Positions 62,301-64,000 of a stretch of DNA of 64,000 nt are shown here, one piece after another (the first letter of the stretch is position 1; every line of letters starts with the position of its first letter). Below the pieces are notes generated by a model, which worked only from the letters and a program-made list of their open reading frames with translations, had not been told where the DNA came from and did not search any database. Both the position numbers and the translations under genes were made by a program. Location of the stretch: the NCBI GenBank assembly GCA_963753345.1, contig CAVWBU010000024.1:256001-320000 (forward strand), written 5' to 3'. The DNA comes from an uncultured Fibrobacterota bacterium (GTDB taxonomy: Bacteria; Fibrobacterota; Chitinivibrionia; Chitinivibrionales; FEN-1185).

Positions 62301-63636
62301 AAGCAGTTGTCGCACCGGTGATTGCCGTGCCGTTATAATACCATTGATACGTAATGGGCGCCGTTCCCGACGCGAGGATCGTAAGCGGCGTGGCGCTGCC
62401 CTGAACAACATTGGTGGTCCCGGGAAGCGGCGTGGTAATGGAGGAATTAATCGTGACCGTAGTCTTTGACGAATCGCTGCCTGCGCTATTTGTCACTACC
62501 ACCTTGTAAACTCCGCCATCGCCTGCTCCCCACGTCTTGGAATAGCTGCTCGTGGTTGCGCCGGTGATTGCCGCGCCGTTGTAATACCATTGATAGGTGA
62601 GCGTCGCAGTGCCGGCAGCCGTGACCGAAAGCGCCGTCGTGCTGCTTACCGCTATGCTCGTGCTCGCGCCAAGCCCCGTGGTGATGAGCGGGCTTACAGT
62701 AACCTGCGTGGTTGAGGAATCCTTTCCCGCGGTATTGGACACCACCACTTTGTACGTTCCGCCGTCGGTTGCGGTCCAGGTCTTCGAATACGAGCTTGAT
62801 GTTGCACCGGTGATTGCCGTGCCGTTGTAATACCACTGGTATGAGAGGTTGGCGCCGCCGGCAACGACCTGCAGCGCGGTTGTACCGCCTGCCGTGATGG
62901 AAGTAGTCGCAGCTAATGGGGTCGTGATCTGAACCGCGATGACCGCGCTTACCGATATCTTCACCGTTACGGTGTCCGACATAGGTGGCGTGCCATTGTC
63001 GGTTGCCGCAAACACGGCGGAATCCGTTCCGGTGAATCCTGAAGGAGGCGTCCACGTGAATACAGTGCCGTTGAGCGTAGCGCCCTGCGGGCCCTTGACA
63101 AGAACGATAGTGCTGGTCTGGCCCGCGTCGGAATCCTGCACCGACAGCGACAGCGAACATTCCTGCGTCGTGAGGATGTTTCGCACGCCCGACACCTCCA
63201 GCACCGGCGGCCGGTTGGGGGTGGGTTTGCCGGCAATAATAATTGATGCCGTAACCGTCTTTTCCGTGCCGCCCGCGAAAACCACAATTGAAACGGTGCG
63301 GGTTCCGGCCGAACGGAACGTGATGGAAACATCCTGGGTCTCGGTCCAGGCTGTGCTCTTGTCAAAGACATGAACCGTGTCCGTATCGGTGACGCCGTAA
63401 ACAGTCACCTTCACCGAATCGATGTAGGAAGGAAGATAGGCGGTCAGGGTGATGGTCACCTGGTTGCCGACACTGTCGGAAATGGTGGAGCCGCTTTTCT
63501 GGCCCGCGGAATTTTCAAGTACCGGCGTGACCGTTGCTTTGGAAGGATCGAACGGATTCTGCTGGCTGGTGCAGGTTAAAAGGACAAGTGAGGACACCAA
63601 CAAGGCGAGCAACGAACCAGGTTTACAGGTACGCAT
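59389..63636 (-). CDS. Giant surface lipoprotein: cadherin-like domain, six I-set Ig repeats, four CHU-type Ig repeats, C-terminal RCC1 beta-propeller
   Basis: LLTC lipobox; YQWYYNG.AI.GAT repeats; YYVRAE repeats; LWACG.N..GELG RCC1 repeats. Confidence 0.88.
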   Translation of the reverse strand: MRTCKPGSLLALLVSSLVLLTCTSQQNPFDPSKATVTPVLENSAGQKSGSTISDSVGNQVTITLTAYLPSYIDSVKVTVYGVTDTDTVHVFDKSTAWTETQDVSITFRSAGTRTVSIVVFAGGTEKTVTASIIIAGKPTPNRPPVLEVSGVRNILTTQECSLSLSVQDSDAGQTSTIVLVKGPQGATLNGTVFTWTPPSGFTGTDSAVFAATDNGTPPMSDTVTVKISVSAVIAVQITTPLAATTSITAGGTTALQVVAGGANLSYQWYYNGTAITGATSSSYSKTWTATDGGTYKVVVSNTAGKDSSTTQVTVSPLITTGLGASTSIAVSSTTALSVTAAGTATLTYQWYYNGAAITGATTSSYSKTWGAGDGGVYKVVVTNSAGSDSSKTTVTINSSITTPLPGTTNVVQGSATPLTILASGTAPITYQWYYNGTAITGATTASYSKTWGGADGGVYKVVVTNPTGKDSSSTQLTVSPVITSGLAANTPVIQSGSTALSVTASGTAPTYQWYFNGAAISGATSSSYSKTWTATDGGTYKVVATNAAGKDSSTTQVTVSPLITTGLGASTSIAISSTTALSVTAAGTATLTYQWYLNGAAISGATSSSYSKTWGAGDGGVYKVVVTNSAGSDSSKTAVTINSSITTPLPGTTNVVQGSSTALTIVASGTPPITYQWYYNGAAITGATTASYSKTWGGADGGVYKVVVTNPTGKDSSTTQLTVTSTAPTGASADPAAICSGGSSSLSVTGGSLGTDASWKWYTDAACTTPVLGNNTGTPITVSPTSTTTYYVRAEGAGNNTATAGVMVTVNTPSTAANGAVATPSTVCSGTSSSLSVSGGTLGTGASWKWYTDAGFTTPVTGINTGTPITVTPSTTTTYYVRAEGACGNTTGSSAVVTVNTNSVAPTSIGATVTTICSGSTSTLTESGGTLGTAASYHWYTDAGCTIPVTGTNTGASITVSPTSTTIYYVRAEGTCGNTATATTTITVSVPSIAPTGATAGSAKINAGNSTTVSVSGGSLGTGASWKWYTNSGCTNAAGAGTSITVTPAATTTYYVRAESSTPCGNTSTASVTVTVISVTQISCCDMHTLFVKSDSTLWACGDDSYGELCDGGTTVQLTPIKVKTGIISAVAVNGGSSLYLTSTGDLYQVASGSTTKIMTNVQSMSASSTHILILKKDQTLWACGGNSSGELGDGTTISRTSPEEVYYSGVKAVAAGQGFSLVLMTNGTLYACGDNGSGELGYGTLYNGDSTLYPVTITGTFTSISAAYQQSFAIKSDGTVWSWGFNYAGQLGNADSSTTQNIVPAQMLSVANVASVSAGQTQTLMLTTGGVLWATGFDLNGQLCDGQTATRRAPENVMSGVQYIAADAGNGSSFVVKTDGTVWVCGANGNGQLGNGTYTTQPNLVKISGASTGF
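61480..62850. repeat. Intragenic tandem duplication of a three-Ig-domain block (period 735 nt)
   Basis: AATCCTTGCCCGTCGGGTTGGTCACC... occurs at 61491 and 62226; protein order A-B-C-A'-B-C. Confidence 0.9.
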
Positions 63637-63696
63637 AAGAAAATTCCCCCTGGATTAGGCAAACGGTTAGTTCGATAACAAATACGCTCTGTCAAT

Positions 63697-63739
63697 AAAA
63701 TACTCTTTCGGTTTTCGCGGGGCTGTGACTGGCGTCACA
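63697..63739 (-). promoter_or_regulatory. TGTGAC-N4-GTCACA palindrome with -10-like TATTTT upstream of the giant lipoprotein
   Basis: TGTGACtggcGTCACA at 63724-63739; minus-strand TATTTT at 63702-63697. Confidence 0.7.
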
Positions 63740-63849
63740 AAACGGCAATTGCCTTACGGCTACATTCGGGCCTCGGTCGCCTCGACGCTCTCACCGGACA
63801 AGTCGTTGACCGCGAATCGAAGCTGAAACATGGTTCCGAAAAGGTCGGC

Positions 63850-64000
63850 CTACAAATCTTTGAGCAGTCTCTTCACAATCTCATTTGCGCCCATTCCCTC
63901 GGTCTCGGCATGAAACGACCGCACGATTCTGTGGCGGAGCACGCAGGGCGCGGCTCGCTTCACGTCGTTTGCATCCGGTGATGGCCTGCCTTCGAGCGCG
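63850..64000 (-). CDS. MoxR family AAA+ ATPase, C-terminal fragment
   Basis: Hand translation: ALEGRPSPDANDVKRAAPCVLRHRIVRSFHAETEGMGANEIVKRLLKDL*. Confidence 0.85.
   Translation of the reverse strand, partial: ALEGRPSPDANDVKRAAPCVLRHRIVRSFHAETEGMGANEIVKRLLKDL

Noticed and set aside
60400-62900. CRISPR array or DGR template/variable repeats
   Set aside because: The repeats are in-frame Ig-domain duplications; there is no spacer structure, cas gene or reverse transcriptase in the window.

Overview
A 64-kb bacterial window, most likely from Fibrobacterota (Chitinivibrionia-like). This is inferred from a TIGR02147-family gene and several secreted proteins with T9SS-CTD/FlgD-like domains. Contents: (1) 1-9.6 kb, a polysaccharide-degradation locus (beta-helix protein, GH39/GH5-like, three GH12-like proteins, TIGR02147 gene, GH2); (2) 10-24 kb, regulatory and housekeeping genes (sigma54 activator, radical SAM, ApnL-like, two-component/PP2C, argJ, LysM, glgC, sigma factor); (3) 24-28.5 kb, a stand-alone T6SS tail module tssA-tssB-tssC-hcp; (4) 28.8-44.5 kb, core genes (UDP-sugar dehydrogenase, DTW, scpA, ridA, glmS, hrpA, cutA, rtcB, clpB, trpF); (5) 44.7-57.2 kb, an uncharacterised envelope redox-like operon with a large beta-propeller/beta-barrel OMP, three Tat-exported DUF362 proteins, three DUF6599-like lipoproteins, a NapH/NapG-like polyferredoxin and an embedded MNT-HEPN pair; (6) 57-64 kb, two Cys-rich proteins, a giant Ig/RCC1 lipoprotein and the end of a MoxR gene. 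The best candidates for new biology are the DUF362 trans-envelope system, a TGTGAC-N4-GTCACA regulon with class-II activator geometry linking tssA, hcp and the giant lipoprotein, and the TIGR02147/GH12-lipoprotein module. Several genes carry single-base indels that look like long-read errors. All family calls come from motif recognition by eye, not database searches.
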